Positions 28,301-38,150 of a stretch of 64,000 nt of DNA are shown one piece after another (within the stretch, counting starts at the first letter, position 1; every line of letters begins with the position of its first letter). The stretch comes from Caldisericia bacterium (GTDB lineage Bacteria; Caldisericota; Caldisericia; JAAYUI01): assembly GCA_963674785.1 (NCBI GenBank), contig OY771555.1:1248001-1312000 (forward strand). Reading direction: 5' to 3'. Below the pieces are notes generated by a model. That model was not told the DNA's origin and searched no databases. It saw only the letters and a program-made list of their open reading frames with translations. A program made the translations under genes and the position numbers.

Positions 28301-29274
28301 ACTATTATTTTTGTTCCGACTATCACAGGAGAATTGCTTACTCCATCTACTTCCAGATTTTTCTCCCAAATCCTTATGCCATCTTTTTTTCTTATGCAAT
28401 GGATACTCCCGTCAGTTGCTGCTGCGATAACAAGAGCATCTGTAACTGCAGCTGAGGTATCAAAGCTGTCATCAAATCGTTTAAACCAGTTGACATATTC
28501 CCCATTGCTGCTACTGATGCAGGCTATAGACCCATCATCAAAAGTGAAATATAGATATTTATCTGAATAGCTTGGTGCTGTTGCAATCTGGTTGCTGAAA
28601 CGCCTGCTCCAAATAACAGTACCATTGTCCTTATCAAGACAGTATACTTGTTTATTGCTATCAGAAAAAACTATCCCTGTATCTGTTTCACAAGGAGATG
28701 TAACAATCATTTCTTCAGCAACTCTTGACCATATCATGGAACCATCAGAAAGATCAAGACAAGCAATGACAGCCAACTCAGTGGCTATATAGATTTTCTC
28801 ATCGATTATAATTGGTGAGGAGGAGACTGGTCCTTTCATTTTCTTAGTCCAGATGATTCCTCCAGTTTCGTTATCGAGACAAAAAACTTTTCCATCCTCA
28901 GAATACGTTGGAACAATAATCTTGCTTTCATTTGTGCATGGTGTTGCGACGATTTCTGCTTCAAGATTTTTTCTCCATACCATTGTGCTGGATGAAATAT
29001 CAAATCTGTTGACCATGCCTGAATTACTCGTCGTATAGATTGAGTCAAATGTTACAAGTGGTGAAGTTGAAAAGCCTGACTCAATTTTCCTATTCCAGAA
29101 GATGCCAAAATCTGTGAAATCAATATCACATGAGTCTTTGATAAATTGAGTTCTTGCGTTGTTCCCGCCCCAGCAAAACCAGTTACAATCACTGGATGCA
29201 TCAGCATTTTCAGTGTGTATCCCTGGTAAGATCATTGTAGATATCAATAAGATTGCCAAAAGGATTCTTTTCAT
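25309..29274 (-). CDS. giant secreted protein with three PQQ-like beta-propellers and a C-terminal stalk domain
   Basis: Signal peptide after ATG 29274 (GGAGG SD); three propeller blocks separated by Pro-rich linkers; stalk repeats at the C-terminus. Confidence 0.88.
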   Translation of the reverse strand: MKRILLAILLISTMILPGIHTENADASSDCNWFCWGGNNARTQFIKDSCDIDFTDFGIFWNRKIESGFSTSPLVTFDSIYTTSNSGMVNRFDISSSTMVWRKNLEAEIVATPCTNESKIIVPTYSEDGKVFCLDNETGGIIWTKKMKGPVSSSPIIIDEKIYIATELAVIACLDLSDGSMIWSRVAEEMIVTSPCETDTGIVFSDSNKQVYCLDKDNGTVIWSRRFSNQIATAPSYSDKYLYFTFDDGSIACISSSNGEYVNWFKRFDDSFDTSAAVTDALVIAAATDGSIHCIRKKDGIRIWEKNLEVDGVSNSPVIVGTKIIVINDKGKLFVLDLANKGNILLEKNLEKTFRSTPSIGYGKIFVNSFDGEIYCLSAKAKPGKEPVPEPDPPMEGDEITMHGSNINLVWRRCNYKAVATYYGNVFVEYKQVPDPQNRHANVFLNYLDKKTGKELWEKVVYIGLDLEDTYGYQYYSNRGKLYCAALGDHNSYQTIWKYDVRTQTRDWMSKDQVHGYRTPNCPVHIQEYDGGVYLGNCNGELFCLNSTDGNVRWSTKLDYPFDYPNFLGAYGGDYLYWVSTELNCTDKLTGKPIWRFDSLSHNVSGNPTIWDNKLLVASKGHKIDIINCVNRYTGDLLWSFDSKGYVDSLARYNNTLIFEEFQENSEFVDIVGIDLETKEERWRIEKGKFNIRKGYRFKQLSGDTYYFTGTKGEKSYVIAVEPETGKTLWMFLVHEPATRMLIDDDKYYSVIDGKVFYIQGENCLYCYALSPRSEDDWIFDPVPDPDPEPLPPTDPNPPSELPEEEIFEDNDPCGWYMARGFIKEDYLREESDCEIDISNLELYWKLENSFVPTQPVVANGTAYITSKITRLDKSMLLAIDSENGEVKYSSEIEGTELSELALSNNAVYTGGNDGMFHSISRKDGSETWKFGYHYHPKFITSPFVAKNRVLFVSKYVSTMLAINRLHCIDPITGDVLWRRDDVNPEIQPVSQNGMIYTLDKDNRILCLSLYTGELMWITPENISFGQPIVYDEKVFARAKGRRMYCYKAVSGELKWHYRMEKNTTVPDDFLHYYKGDLIILSSNQIFAVDANTSELKWRVRDEYDLGNGFAVHGGYVFLSKGSMLQIIDIHGEKPEIIETNLAANKIAIADGAIYTTVGKDLFCYKTYRDKPAPPPSNGGKNEDDIITEEPTTISVKYQLGSDTYYIDESAQKMDVVPQVIGGRTLLPARYVTEPLGGNVSWDGTERKVICTLGDKTIELWIGKPTARIDGVETQIDPNNPEVVPTIIDGRTMVPMRFLAESLGCEVEWIAETKEIILTHSP
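25361..25595. repeat. 235-bp near-identical stalk-domain block, copy 2
   Basis: Matches 23342-23576. Confidence 0.9.
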
Positions 29275-29362
29275 TTTTGCCTCCATAGAGCCATTCTATC
29301 CACAAGAAACCGCTCATTCTACTAACAATCAAGAGAAGAAGAGTTAAAAATCAAGTTTTATT

Positions 29363-31879
29363 CTAATATGACACTGACGGATAAACAATCTCAATTGCCT
29401 GTTCATCAGCAATCCAGTTAACTTCTGCACCAACTGATTCACATGCGAATCTGAGTGGAAGCATTGTTCTTCCCTTAACAATCGTTGGATAGAGAACTGT
29501 AGTACCATCGGCACCAATAATCTTTTTCTCGACACCATTTATTTTTGCAACAGGGTTATCAATCCAAAGCTGAACTTTGATGTCACCAAGTGTTGCATCA
29601 ACTCTTCTTTCGTCTCCATCCCAACCAATTGTTGCCCCAAGTGCTTCATAAACAGCTCTTACTGGCATATAGGTATTGTTATGAAGATCGTGAGGGAGTG
29701 GGGGAGAAGTGTTGACTGGTTTTGGGTCAAGTTCAGGCATCTCTTCACCATTTTTTTTAAATCTTGGGGTATTTACCCAGAGTTTGAGTCTTGTCCGGGT
29801 ATCAGACTCTTGCAACATATATTCTTTTATTTCTGAATTCCCAGCCCTATCAACAACCTTAATATCGATAACCATCTCAATCCCTGTCATCTCAATATCC
29901 CTATAAAACCAAGCTAATTCTGTGGATGTGTCGACAAGCTCATCAGCTTCTTCTCCATTGATAAAAACTCTTGCATCAGGCTCGGTTTCAATTTTCACCC
30001 TAAAAGCTTCAAATTCCCTAATAATAGTGTTTTCATTTGGTTCAAGAACCACAAACTCTGGCGGAGTAATATCATAGGTAATTTTAAATACTGGAGTAAA
30101 ACTTAAGTTACAAGCTTGATCCGTATATTTAAGATCAAAAACACTTGTTCCGTCTATCAATTCAACTTTGTATTCCCATTCTTTTGCCATCTTATCTTCA
30201 TAAAAAGATGTCATTTCTCCCTTTGAAATAACACTTATTCTTGATGAGCCATTCTGAGCGATTGTCACGGAATCAAAGTATTGATTCTTGATTTCTCCGT
30301 TTTCTTCTATGTTTTCTGCAAAGATTTCACCTCTGAATGTAAATACTTTTTTGTTTGTATACACTCGATTCTCTGTTGGATAGGTAATAGATGCTTCGGG
30401 TTTTGAGGTATCAATCATAATTCTTTTATGGTTTGGGCTTTCTTTTGTTCCATCGGTTTCTGAGTAGTAGTAAAAATCAATGATGCTACACTCATCATCA
30501 ATAAAAATTGGTTTTAAATATTCGTGGGGGTCATTTTCACCGCCCTCAAAGTAGTAATAGACTTTCACATCTGGATTATTACAAGCTAGCTCTATCTCTA
30601 TTGGCTCGTTGTACCACCCATCGCAACCAAGTTTTTCTTCTTCATCAATAATTTTGAGAGTTGTTTCAATCTCCCTTTCTTTTACCTCAAGGGCTTCTGA
30701 TTCGATGAATTCTGGTTCAGAAGTTGTTGATACAAAAACAGAAAATGGCTCTTCACACTTGTTTTCAAAAAGCTTCCCATCGATTTCTATCTCTACATGA
30801 CCATTGTTATTGACATCAACGGGGCTAACAAATGAAATGATATTGTTCTTTTTGTCCAATTCAAAGTTCGAATCCTCACGAATCCCCTGGACTCCGTTTA
30901 CTGTGAAGTATTTTGATAACGTATATTTTTTTGCAACCTCAAAACAATTTGGGAAATCGATGATTATTTTTGATGAATCTTTATCAAGAGCACCACCCTC
31001 ACCGACATTGAATTCAACATTATATTTTGTAATCTCGCCTTCATCATTCAAATAATAAAAGAAATTGGGTTTAGATATCTCTGAACATGGGAGCACAAAA
31101 GAATCAGATTCAACTGGAGTTGGTTCGGCTTTTGTTGCAACTCTTAATCTATATCTTCCAGGTGTTGCGGGAGAGATGATTCCTGTTTTAGCGGAAACAC
31201 CTAAGGCAATTGGATTGTATCCTTGCCTCCAAGTTTCAATCCCATAGCTTGTCAAAAATTTTATTGATCTCTCGGTGCAGGTTTGAGTGATTTCTGGATA
31301 ATACCACCACCTGCATGGGTCATATCCAACCATTAATAAATCATCGAATTTTGACAAGAATTGTTCTCTATCTTCATCATCTTCTGGAATAGATGGAAAA
31401 ACTGTTCCGAGAAGATACTCTTTGTCATCAAAATTAATAACACTTTTTAGCTCTCGATTCGAAGAAGTTTCACAATCACCTATGTCAATATACTTTACTT
31501 CCGGTATTTCATCCATACCTGAAGTTTTATAAATCTTATTTTTTGTAATAAGTCTACAATTTTTTGATTCCAGATATGCAAGATTGTATTCCTGGTCAAT
31601 TTCACCACAAATTTCTTTAGGATCTGAATCTGCTTCTGTTACTGGAAACCATATTTTAAACCAGTCATGTGGATCCAAATCGATATTCAACAACACATGT
31701 ATAGTAAAGTTATTCAACGAGTTTGCTCTTGCTCGTCCTGGCTCTTTATCACCCCAACTGGTATTTAACTCCACACGAACTGGCCCTAAAACAGCACCTG
31801 TGGTATCAATCCATAAGAATGAAAAAACTAATAACACTACAACTATTGTTATAAAAAGCTTTTTTGAGTTTCTGTTCAT
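29363..31879 (-). CDS. secreted Ig-like multidomain surface protein with stalk domain
   Basis: Signal peptide, Ig/FN3-like modules (IDTSKP, YDITPP, VVDRAGN), C-terminal NTYMPVRAVYEALG and RTMLPLRFACESVG. Confidence 0.82.
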   Translation of the reverse strand: MNRNSKKLFITIVVVLLVFSFLWIDTTGAVLGPVRVELNTSWGDKEPGRARANSLNNFTIHVLLNIDLDPHDWFKIWFPVTEADSDPKEICGEIDQEYNLAYLESKNCRLITKNKIYKTSGMDEIPEVKYIDIGDCETSSNRELKSVINFDDKEYLLGTVFPSIPEDDEDREQFLSKFDDLLMVGYDPCRWWYYPEITQTCTERSIKFLTSYGIETWRQGYNPIALGVSAKTGIISPATPGRYRLRVATKAEPTPVESDSFVLPCSEISKPNFFYYLNDEGEITKYNVEFNVGEGGALDKDSSKIIIDFPNCFEVAKKYTLSKYFTVNGVQGIREDSNFELDKKNNIISFVSPVDVNNNGHVEIEIDGKLFENKCEEPFSVFVSTTSEPEFIESEALEVKEREIETTLKIIDEEEKLGCDGWYNEPIEIELACNNPDVKVYYYFEGGENDPHEYLKPIFIDDECSIIDFYYYSETDGTKESPNHKRIMIDTSKPEASITYPTENRVYTNKKVFTFRGEIFAENIEENGEIKNQYFDSVTIAQNGSSRISVISKGEMTSFYEDKMAKEWEYKVELIDGTSVFDLKYTDQACNLSFTPVFKITYDITPPEFVVLEPNENTIIREFEAFRVKIETEPDARVFINGEEADELVDTSTELAWFYRDIEMTGIEMVIDIKVVDRAGNSEIKEYMLQESDTRTRLKLWVNTPRFKKNGEEMPELDPKPVNTSPPLPHDLHNNTYMPVRAVYEALGATIGWDGDERRVDATLGDIKVQLWIDNPVAKINGVEKKIIGADGTTVLYPTIVKGRTMLPLRFACESVGAEVNWIADEQAIEIVYPSVSY

Positions 31880-31973
31880 AAAACTACCCCCTCTCACATA
31901 AAACCATTATCTTCAGAACAAGACCCCTAAGCAATAGATAGAAGGGGATATAAAAGTAAAATCACACAAAAAG

Positions 31974-32001
31974 AAAAACCCCCTGGAATTTCCAGGGGGT
32001 T
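31974..32001 (-). terminator. intrinsic terminator after the 1877-aa gene
   Basis: AACCCCCTGGAA-x-TTCCAGGGGGTT hairpin with a U-tract on the minus strand. Confidence 0.85.
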
Positions 32002-32029
32002 CGCTATATCAAAAATTCTTACTTAAAAA

Positions 32030-35000
32030 CTACTTTTCTGACGGATAAACAATCTCGATTGCTTGTTCGTCGGCAATCCAGTTGACATCTGCTTTGAGTG
32101 CTTCGCAGGCAAACCTGAGTGGGAGCATTGTTCTTCCACCAACGATTGTTGGATAAAGAACTGTTGTCCCGTCAGCACCAAGAATCTTTACCTCGCTACC
32201 ACTGATCTTTGCGGTTGAGTTGTCAATCCAGAGCTGAAGGACAGTGCTTCCAAGAGTTGCATCAACTCTTCTTTCGTCCCCATCCCAACCAACTGTTGCT
32301 CCAAGTGCTTCAAAGATTGCACGAACTGGCATATATGTGTTTCCTGCAAGTGCTGCTGGAAGTGGTGGTGACTGTGTTGTTGGCATTGGGTCAAGGTCGT
32401 CAACCTGTTTGTCGTTGATAACAAATTTTGCTGTATTTACCCAAAGCTTGAGTCTTGTTCTTGTGACGGCACCCTGAGTGTATGTGATTTTGTAGTTGCT
32501 TGTTCTGCAATTATTGTAGCTGTCGCAGGTCTTGACTTCGATTTCGTTCAAGCCGCTATTAAGGGCAATAGTTTTTGTGAAGAACCATGTTTCATCAACA
32601 TTTTCTGCAAACGGGTCTTCTTGAATTTTTACTGTTTCACCATTGATTGTGAGTTTTGCATTCTCTTCAGTGAAGCCCATAAATTCGATTGCACTTTCAC
32701 CTGTTATCATGGAATTATCCAATGAAAGAAGGTTTTCGCTTGGTTTTGTAACAGTCAAAAATGGTGGTTCATTATCAAGATAAACAACTAGAGTAATTGC
32801 GTCACTTTCGCCTGTGAAGTTTCTTGCGATAATAACGATGTTGTTGAATCCAGCTTTAAGGTCATATGGGTATTTGAATGAGCCATCGTTGTTGATTTTG
32901 ATAACATTTCCATCGATGAAGAGAGTAACTTGTGAAAGACCTTCATCTGATTTTATTTTTCCTGAGAGCTCGATGTTTGATTCATTTGTTTTGATGTCTG
33001 AATAATTGTAGTCTTGCTCTTCTCTTCTTCTCTGTGCTTCTTCAATTGTTGGCCAAGGAGATGTGTGTTTGATTGGTGCTGAGAGTTCAACTACAGGTGG
33101 TTCTGCATTCTGTCTGATTGCAAGAGTGGTATCGTGTGCAATTGCAATGATATTATTTCCGCTTGCATCCATGAGACTTACATTCTCGATACCGATTCTG
33201 ATTCCATCCTTTTGAATCTTGTCACCTTTTGCTTTAAGGGTAAATGTCACAACGATGTTTTCATCGCGGTCTGCATAAACACCAGACTGCTCTCTGCTAA
33301 TGCTTACTGAGATTCTTCCTGGAGTGTGATCGTAATCCCATGATGGCTGCTCTCCGCCTCTTGTGAGGAATCCTCCAAGTGAGATATGTGTTACATCGAG
33401 GTACTGGTCATCATAAACAAAATCAAGCATTGCACCCATAACCTCGAGACCGCCCTTAAGATTAACCTTTACTTCAGTCTGTTTACATATGTCGTTGATT
33501 GCACAAGATGTAATGATGTGTCTTTCGGGGATAAGTTCGACATCAAGCTTTTTTGCTTTTGCCTTTATTTCAAGAACCTTATCAAATGGTTCGCCACGTG
33601 AATTTGAGCCTGTTCCTTTGATGGATACTTTGTATCCATCTTCAATATAAGCCATGTCCTGATTTGCTTTGAGTGAAACAATGCTTTCAAATGGTGGAAC
33701 TCCAAATGCTGGGTTGAATGTTGCTGTGAAAAACTCTGATGACTCTTCACCAAGTACGAGGTTTACTGGGTTATCGTATTCGTTGATTGAATCAACCGAA
33801 AGCTTGAAGTCAGTTACCTGCCCAGGGGCAACATCAATGATCGCTTTGCCTATTGGCTCCATTTCAAATGATGGTGGCTTGGCTGGTTCGATAAGCATAC
33901 TAAGGTCAAACTTCTCAACAGTTCCTGAAGCAGTTTCTGAGACCTTAAGTAGATAGTTACTTTCCGTTCCTTCTGGGCTTTCAACAGGGACATCCATTGA
34001 CACACCAATAACGACTGATTCCATTGGGTGGAGGCTTAATTCTGCACCACTTGCCGTTGGCACGGAGTCGATCATTATCATTGTTTCCCATGCTTCGCCT
34101 GAGACGTGATTCATGTCTACAGTGAAATCTAATGGGATGTTGCCAAGATTTGTAAGCACGTATGACTGTTCAGGTCTTGAGCCAGCCTGGACGCTGAAAT
34201 CTGATTCTGACTGTGTGAGGCTGTATTTTCTAAAGAGTGGCTGCTTGAGATCGCACATTGTTGACTGAAGGATTTCTTTTGTGGTGTTATCCTGAATCCA
34301 AGCAACGATGAAACAGTTTTTGTAGAGAGTTGTCCAATCGTATTCGGTACCAGTTGTTGGAAGTTTGAATTTCATGTCGTAGTATGTTGTTCCGACAGGA
34401 AGTGAGATTGGATCACCAAGGTGACCCTTGTCTTCAGCTGGTTCTTCTCCGTAGTGATGGAGCATCTTCATGACTGTGAGTGAGTGTTCTTCCTCACCAT
34501 TATCGGCTGAGAATTCAACATTGTTTTCAACGAGAGTGAAGTACACATTGAGATCTCTATAGCTGCTTACATCCTGATATGTTTTGATTTCAAGGTTTGC
34601 AAAACCAACTGATTTTCCAATTGTTCCCTGGAGGAACAGTTTGATTGGAGAGCGCTGCTCTTTGTAATCAACAACTCTCTGGTAGAATCTCCAGTAACTA
34701 TAGGAGCTACCAGACATTTTTCTGTCGGGGAGAATATCAGGAGCTTTGTCCTGTCTTTCGTGAGGTCCGTCACCTTCTGAGAAGTTCTGAAGCCCATTAT
34801 ACATCGTGGTTGGAAGACCTTCTTTTGTGTACCATCTGTATCTGTAATGGTGTTCTTCCTGCGTCATACCTGAGTTATCTTTTGGGGCGTCAGCATAGTA
34901 AGCAATAGGGATAATTTCTGCATACCCGTATTCTTCCGCCATTCTGTATTGTGATTCTCTGTGATATGGACAATACTGACACCAAACGGCTGTGAAAGTC

Positions 35001-37663
35001 TCAGTTAGAAGTGTTCTTGGAACATATCCAGTGCTTTCCGTTGGTGGATTGACAAGGAGGGCAACTGTGAATGCGACCTCTTTGTTCTGGGCAGTCGATG
35101 ACTTCATTACAATTTCGATTTCGTAGATACCCGGAATGAGTTCGCCTCTGGATTTGAAAGTTACGGTTGTTTTTGTTGCGCCATCTTTAACTCTGATTGT
35201 GCTTGGATCAAAGCTTATATTTAGTGCGGTAAGAGCAAATCCTGAGCAGTCGACATTTTTAACATCAAGGTGAGGATGTTTGTTTTCCGATCCATTTGGA
35301 ACAACACAGAGTTTTGCAGGTTTTTTGTATGTCAAGCTAACATTTCCATCAAAACCATTCTGAGGAAGAACCTCAAGTTCAAGTGTTCCGGGTGTGTCGC
35401 TATCAAGTTCTACAAAAAGAACTGTGTCTGGGCTTAAAGTAAATCCATAGCTATCTGAAACAAGAACTTTTACGGGAACCTTTATGGTGCCTTTGTTTGT
35501 TTTGATATTGAGAACTGCTTCAATTGTTTCACCTGCAGCCATACCTGTTGTGTCAACTTTGACATTGACCATGATGGTGTCACCGACGAAATTCTTTGGT
35601 TCAACTGAAACAAAATTAAGATCCTGCTCGATATCGATACTTCCTGAAAGCATTCCACCAGACCAGTTTCTGATCTCTATTCTTTTCTGAAGTGTCTGAC
35701 CAACACCCATTACACCGAAGTCAAGAATATTTGGTGCAACAGTAAAATATACATTGTAATCTGGTTGTGAAACAAATGTTGCAGTATCGATTCTTGGAAG
35801 ATTAAAGACGGTGCTGTATGGGATAACCTGAAGTCTGTGGTTTCTTGTATCAGCAACAACTATTCCTTGGTCATTGCATGCGATTGCCTCAGGATACATG
35901 AAAAAGCCTTTTGCCTCTTTATATTCATCGCCTTCCTGCATTGCGTTTTCCCAGCCAGCTTTTGAGAAGAATATTGCTCTTCCTGGACCACCAGTTTTAC
36001 CATAATCCCAGGATCTTGTTGAGTTGTTGTCAAAAACAACAAGTCTGTCGTTGAATGTATCTGCGGCAAAAATCATACCTGATTCATCATATGAACAATC
36101 GGATGGGAAGAAGAGCATTCCTTCACCTCTACCTTTGTGCCCATACTGTCTGATTGGGTTGCCGTCCATGTCAAACTCTTGAAGTCTGCAGTTTGCTGCG
36201 TCGGCTACAAGGAGTTTTCTGCCATCTGTTGTAATGCTTTTTGGAAGATTAAACTGTCCAGGTGATGAGCCAAATCCGCCAAACTGACCAAGGAATTCGC
36301 CACCAATTGAGAAAGTCTGAACAAGGTTGTTTCCGGTGTCTGCAACAAATATCTTTCCAAGTGATGAGGAAACTGCAATATCTGATGGTGAGTTAAGTTT
36401 GCCATTTCCGTAACCAAATGAGCCTATTGTGTTCTGGTATTTGCCGTTTCCTGAGAAAACTTTAACACAATGGTTTCCGCTGTCTGCGACATATATGTTT
36501 CCATCTTTGTCAAAATCAAGCCCTTCAGGTGTGAGAAGTTCGTTTGTGCCTGTACCTTTTTTCCCGAATTCAGATGAAAATCCATTTTCGTTGAAAAGAA
36601 GGATTTTTGAACGAGCTGAGTCTGCAACGGCATATGTGCCGTTTGAGATTGAAAGACCAACAGGGAGTCCAAATGAACCAGAACATGCATTATCATCCTC
36701 AGGAAGAGAAGAAACATATTTGCCATCTGGGTTGAAAATGTCTACTCTGTTGTTTTTGTAAGAGGAGACGTAGATTTTTCCGTCTAGAACTGTGATTCCC
36801 ATTGGACCATTGATCTGTCCTCTGCCATTTCCAGGGGATCCGAACGAATTTATTGTTGTACCATCAAGAGAATAAACGAGGATTGAGTTTTCTGAATAGT
36901 CTGTGACATAAACTCTGTTGTCAAAAATAGTTATTCCGTATGGAGCTTTTGCTTCGCCAAAAGCATTAATGAAGCTTCCGTCGATTCCAAATATAAATAT
37001 TTTTCCAGCTGATGGGTCAGTGACAAAGATTTTTCCTTCAGTGACAGCAATTCCTGTTGGTTTTTCGAGTGTATAGTTTTCGCCGTCTGTTGTTGGAATT
37101 GTGAGTGCAAGATTGTCTTTAAGGTCAACTGCGATGATGTTTTTTGCACCAGTATTTGCGATATATAAGAGACCGTTGAATGCAAAAATATCACTTGGAT
37201 GAACCATGTATGATTCACCTGTTTGTGGATTTATAGCGTGAAGCTCTTTTTCTATTTCGTCGTCTGATCTGTTTCCGCGAACGAGGATTTTTCCATAAAA
37301 TCTATCCAACCAGTAAATCTTGTTTTGGAAACATGTGATTCCACCTGGATCTGAGTTAAGGAATTCATGGCTACCTAGAAGTCCGTATGCGTACTGAGGT
37401 GTCCCATCTTTCAAGATGGCTTGAACTCTGGTGTTGATACTGTCAACAATGTAGACTCTGTTACCTTCATTAGCGAGCCATGTGGGGCCAACAAAAGAGC
37501 CAATAGCACATTCATTTCCGACGAGTTTTACCCCGAAATCAGATAAACGATTTTTATGCTCTTCGTTTGCTAAAACACTTCCAATGACTGGTAGATAAGA
37601 TAGTACCAATAACAATCCTAGTGCCAATGAGATGGCTTTCTTTTGTAAACTTGCGAAACTCAT
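32030..37663 (-). CDS. giant secreted protein: NHL propellers, Omp28/thioredoxin-like CxxC domain, cohesin-like and Ig domains, stalk domain
   Basis: Signal peptide; NHL repeats (P.GI....IYVADSGNH.V..F); ETFTAVWCQYCP and GLPT (Omp28-like); cohesin-like VMGAMLDFVYD...ENVSLMDASG; stalk repeats. Confidence 0.87.
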   Translation of the reverse strand: MSFASLQKKAISLALGLLLVLSYLPVIGSVLANEEHKNRLSDFGVKLVGNECAIGSFVGPTWLANEGNRVYIVDSINTRVQAILKDGTPQYAYGLLGSHEFLNSDPGGITCFQNKIYWLDRFYGKILVRGNRSDDEIEKELHAINPQTGESYMVHPSDIFAFNGLLYIANTGAKNIIAVDLKDNLALTIPTTDGENYTLEKPTGIAVTEGKIFVTDPSAGKIFIFGIDGSFINAFGEAKAPYGITIFDNRVYVTDYSENSILVYSLDGTTINSFGSPGNGRGQINGPMGITVLDGKIYVSSYKNNRVDIFNPDGKYVSSLPEDDNACSGSFGLPVGLSISNGTYAVADSARSKILLFNENGFSSEFGKKGTGTNELLTPEGLDFDKDGNIYVADSGNHCVKVFSGNGKYQNTIGSFGYGNGKLNSPSDIAVSSSLGKIFVADTGNNLVQTFSIGGEFLGQFGGFGSSPGQFNLPKSITTDGRKLLVADAANCRLQEFDMDGNPIRQYGHKGRGEGMLFFPSDCSYDESGMIFAADTFNDRLVVFDNNSTRSWDYGKTGGPGRAIFFSKAGWENAMQEGDEYKEAKGFFMYPEAIACNDQGIVVADTRNHRLQVIPYSTVFNLPRIDTATFVSQPDYNVYFTVAPNILDFGVMGVGQTLQKRIEIRNWSGGMLSGSIDIEQDLNFVSVEPKNFVGDTIMVNVKVDTTGMAAGETIEAVLNIKTNKGTIKVPVKVLVSDSYGFTLSPDTVLFVELDSDTPGTLELEVLPQNGFDGNVSLTYKKPAKLCVVPNGSENKHPHLDVKNVDCSGFALTALNISFDPSTIRVKDGATKTTVTFKSRGELIPGIYEIEIVMKSSTAQNKEVAFTVALLVNPPTESTGYVPRTLLTETFTAVWCQYCPYHRESQYRMAEEYGYAEIIPIAYYADAPKDNSGMTQEEHHYRYRWYTKEGLPTTMYNGLQNFSEGDGPHERQDKAPDILPDRKMSGSSYSYWRFYQRVVDYKEQRSPIKLFLQGTIGKSVGFANLEIKTYQDVSSYRDLNVYFTLVENNVEFSADNGEEEHSLTVMKMLHHYGEEPAEDKGHLGDPISLPVGTTYYDMKFKLPTTGTEYDWTTLYKNCFIVAWIQDNTTKEILQSTMCDLKQPLFRKYSLTQSESDFSVQAGSRPEQSYVLTNLGNIPLDFTVDMNHVSGEAWETMIMIDSVPTASGAELSLHPMESVVIGVSMDVPVESPEGTESNYLLKVSETASGTVEKFDLSMLIEPAKPPSFEMEPIGKAIIDVAPGQVTDFKLSVDSINEYDNPVNLVLGEESSEFFTATFNPAFGVPPFESIVSLKANQDMAYIEDGYKVSIKGTGSNSRGEPFDKVLEIKAKAKKLDVELIPERHIITSCAINDICKQTEVKVNLKGGLEVMGAMLDFVYDDQYLDVTHISLGGFLTRGGEQPSWDYDHTPGRISVSISREQSGVYADRDENIVVTFTLKAKGDKIQKDGIRIGIENVSLMDASGNNIIAIAHDTTLAIRQNAEPPVVELSAPIKHTSPWPTIEEAQRRREEQDYNYSDIKTNESNIELSGKIKSDEGLSQVTLFIDGNVIKINNDGSFKYPYDLKAGFNNIVIIARNFTGESDAITLVVYLDNEPPFLTVTKPSENLLSLDNSMITGESAIEFMGFTEENAKLTINGETVKIQEDPFAENVDETWFFTKTIALNSGLNEIEVKTCDSYNNCRTSNYKITYTQGAVTRTRLKLWVNTAKFVINDKQVDDLDPMPTTQSPPLPAALAGNTYMPVRAIFEALGATVGWDGDERRVDATLGSTVLQLWIDNSTAKISGSEVKILGADGTTVLYPTIVGGRTMLPLRFACEALKADVNWIADEQAIEIVYPSEK

Positions 37664-37850
37664 GCAAGCCCCCTTCCTAAGCTTTAAGTCGATAGCATTA
37701 TAGGGAGGCTTGGATTAAACTCAACACAAAACAGACAATATTTGATTTAAATATTGGTGTAGTCAAAATTTTGCAATAAGAATACTTATACTGAATTCCT
37801 TTTGTAAGTTTAGAATTAATTGGTATATTTTGGTCAAATGTTAAAAACAT

Positions 37851-38150
37851 TTATTTATGGTAAATACAAGGAAATTCGCTGCATGAAGCGCAGTTTTTTA
37901 TCTGTTTTTTTGCAACACACATTCTGATTCTACATTCTTGACAATATGTAAACAGAACCTCTGAATCTGATTGACACCCATCACAACTAATGCCATCAAT
38001 GTCAGACGAGCACTTTATTTCCAATCCCCATTTCTTGGAAACCCTTATTTTGTCAGAATATGTTTTCGCGTTAAAGACATCACATTTAGAACAGTCAAAT
38101 CCGCAACAAGCGGTATGAGGATTACGGCTTTGATTTTCTGAATTTTTCAA
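37851..38150 (-). CDS. DUF3795-like Cys-rich protein, second copy (start uncertain)
   Basis: CCGFDCSKC, CDGC and CQECRIRMC...NCASCSEFPC pattern. No ATG near the domain start; nearest candidate is TTG 38150 inside the upstream gene. Confidence 0.6.
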   Translation of the reverse strand: MKNSENQSRNPHTACCGFDCSKCDVFNAKTYSDKIRVSKKWGLEIKCSSDIDGISCDGCQSDSEVLFTYCQECRIRMCVAKKQIKNCASCSEFPCIYHK

